64,000 nt of DNA from Cycas panzhihuaensis. Lineage: Eukaryota; Plantae; Cycadophyta. Made by a program: the position numbers and the translations under genes. Location: positions 161,765,741 to 161,829,740 of the forward strand of contig CM041465.1 in NCBI GenBank assembly GCA_023213395.1. The letters run 5' to 3'. The notes beneath the pieces are model-generated. The model did not search any database, had not been told where the DNA came from, and saw nothing but the letters and a program-made list of their open reading frames with translations. Positions 42,081 to 55,472 of the stretch are shown here, piece after piece (the first letter of the stretch is position 1; every line of letters begins with the position of its first letter).

Positions 42081-42739
42081 GATTGAATCAAATGATAATA
42101 TGACTCAGAGATTCAAATAACTTAAACTCCCTTCCAACTAAGCACCTTAAAATCCAAAAAAAGAACTTCAAAAGCCTGATATCAAAAATAATCTTAAATC
42201 AATCCAATTATGTCACCTTAAGTGCCAGAATGCTCAACTCTAACTCAAATAATTAACACATCTCTTAAAGTAGCCTTCATAAAAAAAATCAACGAATGGT
42301 TATGATACACTATTGTTTAAAGTTCCAATAATGTGTATCATTAATCTTAGACAGTCTGATTTAATTGTAGTGATCCGTACAAACCCTAACTGCCCTAAAA
42401 CTCTAAACTAAATTCTGTGTATGGCTTGAATGATATTGGCGACTAGCAAGAATTAACCCATAACTCCCTTGATTATCATACTAAAAAAGGTATTGGCAAA
42501 CTCAGGCAAATAAATGACATATACCCAAAATTGTGAATACCCAAATATGAAAATAAAGAGCACGGCAAATACACGTTGAATGCCAAAGTAAATGATAGCA
42601 AAAAAGCATTGTAAATACATGGAGAAATAATGAAAATGAGCACAAATGAATGCAGTAAACACGCACTGAATATACGAGCTAAAAGAATGCGAGAAAGTAT
42701 ATAGTACAGTAGTAACAGATCACGATAAAAAATATGTGA

Positions 42740-43280
42740 ATGCGCTGAATATATGCGCAGCAAAAAACACTGAATATATACGCACCTAAATGTTGAATAT
42801 ATGCACACTAAAATGTTGAATATATGTGCACTAAAACAATGAATATATGCGCACTAAAATGCTGAATATATGTGCACTAAAACAAGAGCAAACACAGAGT
42901 ATATGCAGTGATTATGCATAGCAATACACTCAGAAATGCATTGAATATACACAGTGATTATGCATACTTAAAGATGCATCAAATAAGTAGTGTATATGCA
43001 GCAATTATGCGCAGTCAATATACCCAGAAATCTATTGAATATATGCAGCAACTATGCACAGTGACGTATCAAACACGTAGTGTATATACACTCAAAATCT
43101 GTTGCACTTAAAACGCATCAAACACGCAGTGTATATATACTCAAAATCTATTGCACTTAAAATGCATCAAACATGCGGTGTATAAACAACTCATAAATCT
43201 ATTGAGTATACATAGTCAACACACTCATAAATCTGTTGAATATATACAGCGATTATACACAGTGACGTATCAAACACGCC
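42740..43280. repeat. Tandem repeat arrays in E4 leader (about 23-bp TGAATATATGCGCACTAAAATGT units, then about 49-bp units)
   Basis: About 6 copies of the 23-mer at 42745-42885, and repeated ATCAAACACGCAGTGTATATACACTCAAAATCTGTTGCACTTAAAA blocks at 43068-43190. Confidence 0.85.
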
Positions 43281-46200
43281 GGTAGAAATACGATATATAT
43301 AACAGGCATGAAAGTAGGTACACACTGTAAAGTTCAATGTAAAAACAGTGAGCGAATATATGATGTTTATATGCATATAATGCATATGATGTACAAGAGC
43401 ATTAATAAAGGCAGAGTAAATGATTATAAAGAGAGGAGCACAAGAAGCGATAGAAAAATATACTTACAATCAAAGTACTCAAGATTTGTTTGGCCAGGTA
43501 CAAAAATTGAAGAAAAAATGACTATAAAAATAGTATATGTATACTGGCCTTAGGGTTCATAATGTATATAGATAAGAAGGAGGACAAGTGCATACAAAAC
43601 AGAGAGCAATCAACATGTTAAAGACAATCAAGCAAGCAAAGGAAAAATAAAACTGAAAAATACCTTTAGATGAGACCACAAGGGACGTCTAAAGCAACCT
43701 CACATGCCAATATCCTTCAAACTCGAACGTCAAACAGGCTATACCAATTTACACTACACCAGACTCCTAAACCACCAGTAATCAGATCAAAATACCATGC
43801 AGCTCACTCGGCGACAGTGTACACCTTAGAGCTCTGATACCATGTTAAAATCAGGAGGAGAACCAGATCAAACACGCACACCGATCTCATAAAGAATACA
43901 CATGGTATCTAGTGGGAAAAACCCACCTTCGAACTCTCGATTACATTGATCCAAAAAGCATAAGAGCACAAGGATGTCTTTGGATATATATAGATCCATA
44001 AGACTCCGAAATGAACATCCGTCGGCCCGAATAATAAAAAGATAAATGATTAATATTTACATTAGTCGGGTATTATTTTTAACATTGAGGATCCTAGGTT
44101 AATAATTTTTCTAGTTCAAGTTCAACATTGATTATTTTAGGTTATTCTTACAAGTGTGTGTGTGCATTTTTGTTTTTGTTGTAAAATATATTGGCTTTTA
44201 TTCCTTAGGCTAAAGTATAGTTGGTTTAGTTTTTACTTAGTTAATTTTATTGTTTGCCTTCATATTATTTCAATTGTATTTCCTGTAGTTGCTTTGGTTA
44301 TGTTCCCTAGTTATTTTAACTCCTTAGCTTCCTAATGCTTTTAATATTCCTTTGATCATACAATCTATCATTATCCCTACATGGGTATATCAAAATTTTA
44401 TAGCTTCAAATTTTTAATATCTCTTAAAATGTATAAATTTAGTAGTTGTTGTTAAGTCTTTTATGTGAAAATTATGAAAATTAGAATATTCTTATATATA
44501 TGAAGATAAAACAAATTTATAAAATATATCAAGCTTAAGGTTAGATAGATCTTATATAAAAAGTAGGATGTAAAATTACTGATTATTTTATTTCTTAAGT
44601 ATTTTTTGTGCTTTACATTTCATAAATTCTCTAAACACCAAGGGTGTTACAATGTGATAGCTTTGTTTGAATATTAAATTTCACAAAAATTGATATAATG
44701 TTTAATTAGTGGATGTCATATGATTGGTTAATGTAAAAGGTTCTCACATATAAGTTTATTAGTTGATGTATTAGCATAAAATTATAGGTTGATGCATGAG
44801 GTAATAAATCTATAAATATAGACATGCATCATTTGAATAATTGAGCAAGTTAGAGAGAGCAAAGCACCACCCTTCTCTCATGGTTTTTTATATCTAGGAT
44901 TTTCCACATATAAATATGATGTTTCATAATGATATGATTCTTGTATGTGATTTTGTTATATTGAAGTGTACATAACTTCATTTATTATGATTAACTATTT
45001 ATCTTAAATACCTCATGAATTATTTATATTTCATTATTATTCATGACAAGTCACATATTGATGAATGTTTCACATTCCTCCTACTTCATTACATAAATTG
45101 TTACCTTATATAATAAATTTTAACATGGTACTAGATATTTTGCATAAGACATTAACAAAATTATAACATGTATCAAAGCATAGGTAAAAAGATCAAGGTG
45201 AAGGACCTGAGGAGAAGTCATATTAGAGTTGCACAAGAGAAGCCAAAAGTAAAATAAAATAAGTTAAAGAAAGTAAGCTAAAGACCATGCACATATGGTG
45301 ATGATCTTTGCCATATAAGTATGATCTATGCATATGTTATATGATCTAATTTTAGGCCAATATTGATGATAATATAAGCCAATATCAAGAATTAGTATAG
45401 AGAGATTATATGATAAGTCAAAAGTTATGTAACCACATATTAGGGCTACGATGATAATTAAGCTTAAAGATAATAGTAAGAATATAATTATTGATTTATG
45501 TGGATATTATTTACACATGTATCTAGCATACTCTCGAGACATGCAAGTGTTTGAAGGGTCCACATGATATTAATGAGGAAGAGGATTGTTGTTCCTTCTA
45601 TTCACTAATACATACCTATAAAGTAGATGAAAGTATAGTAGATGGACATTGATGTACTATAAGTATCATGTCATATGTTATGGATTGTGATTATAAAGGT
45701 TGTTATAAGCACCCTAATGGAGATTTTCTATTGCATCACACCATGATTCTTTAGGTTTGAGTGGCATATTCACCATTGAATTAATCAATTTATTATGAGA
45801 TTGATGCATAAGGATTTAACAGGTGTTGACATATATATTTGAGCAAAAAGTTAAGGTTTTAAAGAAATTATAGTAGCTATGGGTGAGACACAAAGTATTG
45901 AAGCAGATATGATTAAGGGTTTTATGTTTGATATGGCCAGTTTATGCTACATGAAATGAGAGAGTGGTGATTATTATTGTTAAATGGAGAATTTGAAAAA
46001 TATGATTAACGGGAAGATATTGAGGTTTTTGATAGATATTAGGTAAAATATAAAAATATGATATATATTAAATAAGGGTTTTATATTGACATTTTCATAA
46101 TAAACCCTAAGAGGAAACAACAATCATGACATGGGAATGAAGATGATGTCCATTCAGTGATATTAATCCTACAAATTATAGTTTGAATTCTAATGGTAAA

Positions 46201-47844
46201 AATATAACATATCATGCAAGGGAAGCTATGGATCATTATAGAGTTGTTTGAATGGTAATTCTCAAAGTTTGGTGAGTGAAATGTTATGTATGCCTTAGTT
46301 ATTAGATTATATGACGAATTAAGGAGAGCCCATAGAAAATAGTACATAACAGAAGACATTTTAGAATGAATGGTCAATCAAATTAATATCCACATAATGG
46401 CTCATATGAAGATATACATGATAGATCTTTGTTATATCTAGCCTAAAAGCTACCTATCATAGTTTAAGAGAAGCATCCATAGACTCATAGAAATACAAAA
46501 ACCACTCAATGAGCCATATGAGATCTAAAATATTTGTTAAACTATCTCAAAAACATTTACCCTTATAGTGGTATTTTGTTCATGTTTTTTAAATATTTGT
46601 AAAGTGCTTTTCTTAACTTCAAAGGTTTTAGTCATTATATGTTAAAATTTGTTTAGTGGATCAATGATTTATTAATTTAGATCTATGGAAAACTAACTAG
46701 AAATCACTCAGTCAATGGTCCTTGAGACACTTTAGCAACATGGAAAATTAAAATAATAATTAAAAAAAATTAGGTAAATATTATTATTCAAAAGTTATAA
46801 ATAAATTAAACTGGACTAAATAATATTAAAATGTTTTGCCATAAGTCCCTAGCACTTGGCAATCAGTTACGCGAACATAAGAAATAACCAACAACTAAAA
46901 ATGAAAGGTGTTATGTTTATTTTTAGCTTGTTTTAATTTTTTCATGAGGTGTTTTTAGTTTTCAAGGCATACATTTTGCATATAAAGTTAGAATCAAGTG
47001 CCACTAGTTGCATTAGAAAGAGGACTCAAAGATGGATGCAATGAGTGGTTTGAAGACAAGTTTTAGAACTCATATGATGGATATTTTAATAGATAAAGTT
47101 AAGTAAATAGTTTTGGGCATACTCACAAGTATACTTTTTTAGCAATTTGAGACATGTTTTAGCTTTTTTTTTTGTGATTTTAAATGCATCCCCTAAGTGC
47201 ATTTATACATTTAATGTAGTGTTGCAATTACCACTAATTAAATAAAATTTGACATAAAGATGACAAATCACTTAGTTTGATGAAAGACCCAATTAATTAA
47301 ATGATAAACATAAAGACACCACTTGATGATTAAAAGATTATTATTTCTGAGTTTGAAGTCCATTAAAAGTTCAACTAAGTTGAGCTTGGATGATTGGTTG
47401 GATTACCCACTTGATATAAGATAATGAAAAGTATCATAAGTATGATTATTTGATTACTTATTAATAACAATTATAAGTTATCCATAAAAGTAGGTTTAGT
47501 TATTAAGGAGTCTAGTTAATATATATTTTTAGCTAGAAATATGATAGTCATGTATGACAAGGTGTGTGGAACACATTACACATGTTACCTTATTACAATG
47601 AACTTAGCAGACTAGATAGTACACCCTATTCCCAAAGTTGTTTGGTTTGAGAAGATGATTAATGGATGAGTTTGGTTGCTAAAAAAAGTTACAAAGTATT
47701 ACCTTGTATAGAATCACTGATAAAGGTATTATATAAGTTTATTATATCTCATAGGACAAGAGGTAAGATAAGATACATAAACTATTATTATTATAATATA
47801 TTTGTCTAATTATTTTATGTTGTGTTTTATTTATGAAGATGATG

Positions 47845-50800
47845 TGCTAGTTATAATGTTCATTTATTTTATTATTAAGTGTACATACTGCATTGGAATG
47901 TCATGGGATTGTTAGTAGCTAATATTAGTTGACTTACCATCAGGTATATATTATTTTATAATTTATTTCAAACAGTATTTTTTAATACTAAAGTCGGTCG
48001 ATGGCAAGCTTGCCCAATGTCCTGACTATTTATATAGGCTCTTTTAGACTAATGGTATTACTTAATATTATCTACTATATAGAGAGGTTTTGTTTTTTTC
48101 ACAATGTTTACCTTATAGTTCTATTTTGCTCTACCCTTATGCCTTTAATTAGTATCAAAGCAACAATATCAAGAACCTCCCCAAAGATATCAACCACCAA
48201 ATCTAAGGTATCAAGGGAAGAATAATTTTAATAATAAAGGTGGAATGCAAGAACAGAATCATTATTGCCATGGAAACAATCATTGCTGAGGACAAGAAAG
48301 GTATTCAAGATCAAGTCAATGTTATCAAGGACCAAATCATTTGGGTTGTTAAGGACAAAGCCAAACCTTATGTTTTGAAAGAGGTAGATCAACCTCTAGA
48401 GGTAGAGGAACCTTTAGAAATAGAAGAAATAGCCAAAGAAGTAGAGCACCTGTTCAATGATCATATTTCCATAAAATAGTCCACATGGAGGATCATTATT
48501 TTTCCAAGAATGCAAACCACCAAAGAGGGAATACAAATACAATTATTAAAGTAGAGAAAATGATAGACTATTCTTATCAAGTCTTGTAGTCAACGAAGAA
48601 GGAGATAATTGGTATATAGATTTAAGATGCTCAACTCATATGACACATAAGCAGGACATTTTTAAAGCTATTGATAGAACCAAAAAAAGAAAGATTATAT
48701 TTAGGGACAATACTTCATATGAGTTAATTGGTAGAGCTAACATTACCATCACTACAGAATCAGGCCAAACTTAAAACATTGATGATGTACTACATCTTCC
48801 TACCTTGAAGAAGAATTTACTTTGGGTAGGATAGATAATAGAATAGGACTATAAGATCACTTTTGATAATGGTGAATGCACAATCAAAGATAAAAGGATG
48901 AACAAAGCCATTATAGCTAAGGGACAAATGATTAGTGATCGACTATTTAAGCTTGTCATTCCTCCAATAAATAACTATGTATTAAAAGCTTCTACTAAAG
49001 TTGGAAGTAACACTTAACATAAATGATTTAGCCATCTAAGTTATAGTAGCTTGGCCTTAACAGAAAGAATAGAGATGGTTGAAGGCTTACCTACCATTGA
49101 GGGAAATAAAAAAATATGTGAAGGATGTTTACTTGGAAATCAACATAGAGAAAGCTTTCCAGATAATAGCTATAGAGCATAAGGTCATCTACAATTAATA
49201 TACATAGATTTGTGTGATCCTATGGATGTATCCTCACATAAAGGAGCTAAATATTTAATGATATTCATTGATGACTTTACAAGGAAAACTTGGGTCTATT
49301 TTCTAAAGTTCAAATTAGATGTTTATCAATGTTTTATTGACTTTAGAACCTTTGTGGAGAAGCAAAGTGGACATCATATCCTCTCCCTTAGATCAGATAA
49401 TGAGGGAGACTTCACCTCTAATGAATTCAAAAATTTTTATATCTATAATGGTTTAAAGAGGCAATACACCAATCCATACACTCCACAACAAAATGGAGTA
49501 GTTGAAAGGAAGAATATAACCATTATTGAGATGGCATGATGCATGCTTAAGGACAAGCAACTTGGGCATGAATTTTGAATAGAAGTTATACATGCAATCG
49601 TATATCTATTAAACAAGTATACCACTAGGGCACTAAGGTGGGTTACACCCAAAGAGGCTTAACCAGGATGTAAGCCAAGTATTCACCATTTGAAAATCTT
49701 TAGTTGCCTAGCATTTGCTTATATACCTGATTAAAAGATAATGAAATTAAATGATAAGTATACCAAGTATATGTTTATAGGATATTGTGACTCAACTAGA
49801 TCTTATAAGTTATTTGACCCCAAGGAGAAGAAGATAATCTTGAGTAGAGATGGTGTCTTCCAAGAGGATGATTATTATAAAGCAGAGATTAAAAGAGACA
49901 AAGGGAAGAATATCATAATGGAGTTTGATTCACGTCCTACATCGATAAATGTGCCTTCGCATATGCTAACTCAACATGAATAAAATCCTAGTGAGGTTGG
50001 ACCTTCCTCATCTAATCAAAATATTCCAAAGTAGGTATAAAGACAACATGACCCCGTGAATATACTTGATAATAATTTTAAAAAGAGATCCACATGTTCC
50101 AATAGGGTCAACTTTGCTATAATGAGCCAAGTCATGGACTTAGATGGGCCTTGTACTTTTGAAGAGACTAATACCCAACAAGAATGGTAAAATGCAATGA
50201 AGGAGGAGTACACAGCTTTGGTTAAGAATGACACTTGGGAATTAGTTGATCTCCCTCCAAACAAATCTATAATTAGTACTAAATGGGTTTACAAGATGAA
50301 ATTTTGACCAGATATCTCTATTGATAAATATAAATCAAGGATAATAGTTAAATGATTTGCCCAAATTGAAGGAATTGACTACAACAAAATATTTGTTATT
50401 GTAACTTGAATGGAAATAGTATGTCTTATGTTAAGTCTTGTTGCATATAAAAGATGGATTGTCTAACAAATGGATGTCAAAAGTGCCTTCCTCAATGGAT
50501 ACATAGAAGAAGAGATATATGTCTAATAACTAAAAGGCTTTGAAGTTAAAGGGGAATAAAATAAGGTATATAAACTCAAGAAAGCCTTGTATAGATTAAA
50601 ACAAGAACCTAGAGCTTGGTACTTTAGGATAGACAAATATTCCAGAGACAAAGGGTTCAAACGAAGTCAATCAGATCATAACTTGTATATAAAGATTGAA
50701 GGTGATTCAATGCTTATCATGGGACTCTATGTTGATGACTTAGTCTATACTGGAAATGACTTCTAATTATCACAAAAGTTTAAAGATGATATATGCAAAG

Positions 50801-51990
50801 AATTTGAGATGATAGATTTCGACCTCATGTATTACTTCCTCGGTTTAGAGATATGGCAAGACAAAAATAGTATATTTGTATCTCAAAGGAAATACATATT
50901 AGACTTACTTCAAAAATTTAAGATGAATGATTACAAGGCATTGGCCACACTAGCAAAAATTAGAATAAAGCTATTTAAGGTTGATGATTCTGCATCAGTT
51001 GATCCTACACTTTATAGGTAGTTGATTGGTAGTTTAATCTACTTAACATTAACTCATCTTGATATTTTCCATTCAATAAGCATGGTATCTAGGTTTATGT
51101 AGGAACCTAAGTTAACACATTAGCAAGCAGCAAAGAGAATACTTCATTACCTAAAAGGCACAATTAGTTATGGGTTATATTATAAGTCCTTAATAAACTT
51201 CAAGTTGATTGGCTACACTAATTTATATCAAGCAGGTTATATTGATGACAAGAAATCCATATCTTGTTATAATTTTAGCATGTGATCAACTTCAATTGCT
51301 TAGAGTACCAAAAGTAAAATGCAGTTTCCTTGTCTACTATAGAAGTAGAGTATAAAGCAACAGTATTAAGAGCATGTGAAATAGTTTAGTTACATCAATT
51401 ACTCTATGAATTGTAAATGAAACATGATAGACATATGCACATGATGTGTGACAATCATTGTACAATTCAAATAACACACAATCCAATGTTTCATGGATAA
51501 ATGAAGCATATTGAAACACAACATCACTTTATTAGTGACTGAGTACAAGTAGGAGAGATTGAATTAGTTTACTATAGCACAGATGAATACGTGGCTAACA
51601 TCTTCATAAAGGCTCTTGGAAGAATCAAATTTCATAAATTTAGAGAAAAGCTTAGAGTTATATAAAATAAGCATTATGGGAGAGAATGTTAGCTATAATA
51701 TTCATTTATTTCATTATTAAGTGTGCATGACACATTGGAATGCCAGGGCACTGCCAATAATCGACATCAGCCAACTTAATCATCAAATATGTATAATTTT
51801 ATAATTTATTTCAAACGATATTTTTTAGTACCAAAATTGATCAATGGTAGGCTTGCTTAACATCTGAACTATTTATATAGGCTCTTTTGGTCTAATGGTG
51901 TTCCTTAATACCACCTATTATATACATAGATTTTTCTATTTTCACAATGTTTACCTTATAGTTTTATTCTACTTTGCCCTCATGCCTTCA
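47845..51990 (+). mobile_element. Ty1/copia element E6 (E1-related pol), leader and N-terminal gag deleted
   Basis: LTRs 47845-48147 and 51687-51990. Perfect TSD TGATG. PBS TAGTATCAAAGC at about 48150-48161. PPT at 51675-51686. Confidence 0.92.
48165..51665 (+). pseudogene. E6 gag C-terminus, PR, IN, RT, RH, disrupted
   Basis: WYIDLRCSTHMT, IFIDDFTRKTWVYFL, PYTPQQNGVVERKN, QMDVKSAFLNG, LYVDDL. Confidence 0.9.
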
Positions 51991-53714
51991 TGATGAACCA
52001 TGTATGAGAAATACATTTTAGATAACTAACAATTGAAGTGGCTAGTTACCCATGTATTTTATTAGATGGGTGTTGTTTAAAATGGATATAAATAAATTTG
52101 GTATTATTGATAAGATTAATGAGTTTATTTTACAACTTACAAGTGGAATATATAAAGTTATTGAGAAGAGATTTCATATATCATGATAATTCATGAATCA
52201 TATTTTATTGATATTGGTTTATAAGTGGTGATGTGACATGTTGGTGATACGAAAGGTATTGTATAATGTTTGCTTACAGGAGAATAAGCAATAAAAATAA
52301 GTTAATTAATTGGTTATTTACAAGTGATACAAGATGTCAGATGAGTAAATTATTTAATATAATGATGAAGATCATGAATATCTTTGAATTCTATAAATTA
52401 AACATTAAGAGGGAATGTTAGAATATTAAATTTTATGAAAGTTGATGTAATATTTAATTAGTGGATGGCATATGATTGGTTAATGTGAAAAGTTTTTACA
52501 GATGAATTTATTGGTCAATGTATTGGTATAAAACTATTAGTCGACACATAAAGTGATGGATCTATAAATATGCATATACATCATTTGAATAATTGAGTGA
52601 ATGAAGGAGACCAAAGCTCCACCCTTCTCACATTATTTTTTCCATCTAGGGTTTTTTACATATAAATATAATGTCTCATGATAATATCTTTCTTGTGTGT
52701 GATTTAGTTTTATTAATATATATACATAACTTGTATTATTATGCTTAAATATTTATCTCAAAAACCTTATGAATGATTTATATTTCATTACTATTCATTA
52801 CAAGCTATATATTGATGAATGCTTCATATTATTTCTACTTCATCACATAAGTTGTAATCATATGCAATAAATTTTAATATGGTATTAAATCTTCTATATA
52901 AGATGCTATCAAAATTTTAACAGGCTCAAGGCATGAAGTACGCAGAGTGGGTTGAGGAGTAAATAGTGGAAATTATACACTCCATAATTAAACTAATGAC
53001 ATCATCATTCTTAAAGTAAATAGTGAATGGATGGAGTGTGAAGTAATAGAGAGAATGTTAGAAAATGTAGGCCCTAACCTTTCACCATTGAATATTGAAA
53101 ATACATGAGAGGACATCATAAAGTTCAAAGAGTTAGAATTTGGTAAGTCCATGAGGGGGAAACAATGATTTACTTTGCTTATCTTATGCTCCATAAATTC
53201 TATTCATGAGTTTAAGAAGTTTGAAGTATCAAGAGATTCTATGGAGTATAGATTGTGAATGCTTTTATGAAGAATTAAAATTGGTTAAATCCCTTAAGGA
53301 AAGAGTGGCTTCTACTTTATAGTTTCTAAAATCACTTGAGAGTTGCAAAGTTAAGGTGATAACTAATTTCACAAAAGTGTGAAGTTATGATACCATGAAG
53401 TTAGTAATGAGAAGACTCTATAATTTGTATCTCACATACTAACTTATGAAGTTACCAAGATAAGTAAAGGCTAGATATATAAACAGTAAGAGAAAATTTT
53501 AAAAAGGCATGGGCCCTATCATTTGTCTTCTTGCTTTATATATCATTATAAAATGTACCAAAGGTTTAAGTGGTGATTGACCATATAATGTATGGAGAGC
53601 AAAGTAGATGATTTATTTAGTAATTCTTATTACAAAAGCATATAAGTATATACATAATAAAACCTTAATTTTATTAACTTTTTTGTATTATTTGCAAAGA
53701 ATCTATAGGTGAAA

Positions 53715-54375
53715 AATGAAGTGATCCTAAAAATTATTAAATAAATATGAAGTTAATTTTTTAAAAGATGGTATTTTTTAAATTATTATTATTAGGAAGT
53801 TGGTAATTTTAATTTTATTATGAAGTCTATTTTTTTAGGGGCCTAATTTTGTGCCTATATAAAGAGATCCTAAGAACTCATTTGATATAAGATTTATTTT
53901 TAAGTTAATATTAATTTATTCAACACTTGGGGCCTAGGGTAAATATTGCCAATTCAACTTTCATTTCACCTTTCTCTTGTTTTGATAAAATAGATCCAAT
54001 TTAGGATCACTTTAAGTGGTTTATTAGAATCCTAAACCCCAACATAACCTAAATTTAAATAATAACAGTAATTATCAATAATACCAAATTGAAACTTATT
54101 AAACTAAAAGAGAAAGTTAAAATATAAAAGAGTAATAGAAAATCTTAATTTGTGATAATCATTATTGGGCACCAAGTGCTTAAAAAGATGACTTAGAGTA
54201 AACTTCAAGATTATGTTAAATGAGTTATTAGGGCCTCTTTATATAGGCACAAAATTAGGCCCCTGAAAAAGTTGACTTCATAATAAAATTAAAATTACCA
54301 ACTTCCTAATAATAATAATACTGCTTTTTAAAACCATTAACTTCTTATTTATTTAATATTTTTAAGGATCACTAC
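53715..54375. repeat. Long inverted repeat (arms about 53715-53890 and 54210-54375)
   Basis: ATTATTATTAGGAAGTTGGTAATTTT...AGGGGCCTAATTTTGTGCCTATATAAAGAG is reverse-complemented at 54235-54320. Confidence 0.9.
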
Positions 54376-54748
54376 AATCCATCACTTCTTCAAAGAATAC
54401 ATTACCCATAAAGTATTTATAACTTTTTTGCAATAAAAAACATGTATTTCCTCATCTTGTGTCTTCAACCCTCCATATATTAAGGTTAGAATATCATAGG
54501 CTTTCAATTCTCCTTTATGCCATCTTCTTGAAGCAACCCACATGTATCTTATTCTTATTTGGGATGATTCCTTATATGAAGTTGCTTTCATATGAGACTT
54601 TATTCTTAAATGATCCTAAAACTTATGTGCTTCAAAGTCTTGCCTTATCTTTACACATTATATCCATTTGTAGTTGTCCTTAAGGGGGGAGGGGGGTGGG
54701 TTAAAAGGATGCAGGGCAAAGTTATGGATTATATATATTGTATTAAAA

Positions 54749-54777
54749 TGTGTATGTGTGTGTGTGTGTGTGTGTGT
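54749..54777. repeat. (GT)n microsatellite
   Basis: Directly visible. Confidence 0.95.
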
Positions 54778-55472
54778 ACATCAAGGAGAATGAATTTAAA
54801 AATTTAGGTCATAGATTATACAAATGAGTTATATCAAGGGGAAAACTATGAGAAAGCATATATAAGGATTTGATTAAGGAATATGACATATGAAGGATAG
54901 GTTGGATAAGAGGCAAACAAAAAGAATTTATGGATGATGAGAATGAAGGGTAAAATTAATCTAGATCTATGAGTGAATTTAGGGTTTAAGGGGGTTAAAG
55001 GGAATAAGTAGGAAATAAGGGTTAGGCATTCTTTATGAGAAAAAGGTTTTAGGGAGAGCTTATAAAAATGGTTTCTAGAGTATTACAAAGGGTTAATAGG
55101 AAAATAAGTAAGAAGGTAAGATCACTGGGGGTAAGGTAAGTCGAGATATAGAGGGAAAGGAGTCAGTTCCTTATAAAGAGAGTGTATAATCATAACACCA
55201 AGATTTAAAACTTATTAAAAGAATGAAGAATACAGGAATGGTGGTAAGGAGATTTCCTAGGAAAAGATCCATGAAAGGTATGTTGAGTGGGATGAGAAAT
55301 TTTCTTATTAGGGCTTTGGTTATTGAAGCTTGTTTTGTAAGAGCTAAGGAATTTTCTAGTGCAAAAGAGTTGGAAAAATCAAGATGAATAAGGACACTTT
55401 CAAAAGAGATGGACAATTAGAAGACAAGATTGGAATTTAAAGCAAGTACCTTAAAAGAGGTATCCTAAATTT

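Larger units (their letters stand above)
37833..44084 (-). mobile_element. Ty1/copia element E4, structurally complete, best preserved copia in the window
   Basis: LTRs 37833-38078 and 43843-44084 (about 16 substitutions plus small indels by eye). Perfect TSD TTGAG. PBS TGGTATCAGAGC at 43831-43842. PPT at about 38079-38088. Confidence 0.96.
44664..52922 (+). mobile_element. Old LTR element E5 without recognisable own pol (LARD-like), hosting E6
   Basis: About 505-bp direct repeats 44664-45168 and 52416-52922 with TG...CA. Degenerate PBS TGTATCAAAGC at 45169. PPT AAGAGGGAA at 52407-52415. Weak TSD AGCTT/GGCTC. Confidence 0.8.

Noticed and set aside
42453-43553. Several short ORFs and a CRISPR-like look in the E4 leader
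   Set aside because: Products of tandem repeats with no unique spacers and no cas genes, in a eukaryotic retroelement context.
46400-47840. Additional nested insertions inside E5
   Set aside because: LTR-like and leader-like texture, but no termini or TSD could be established by eye.
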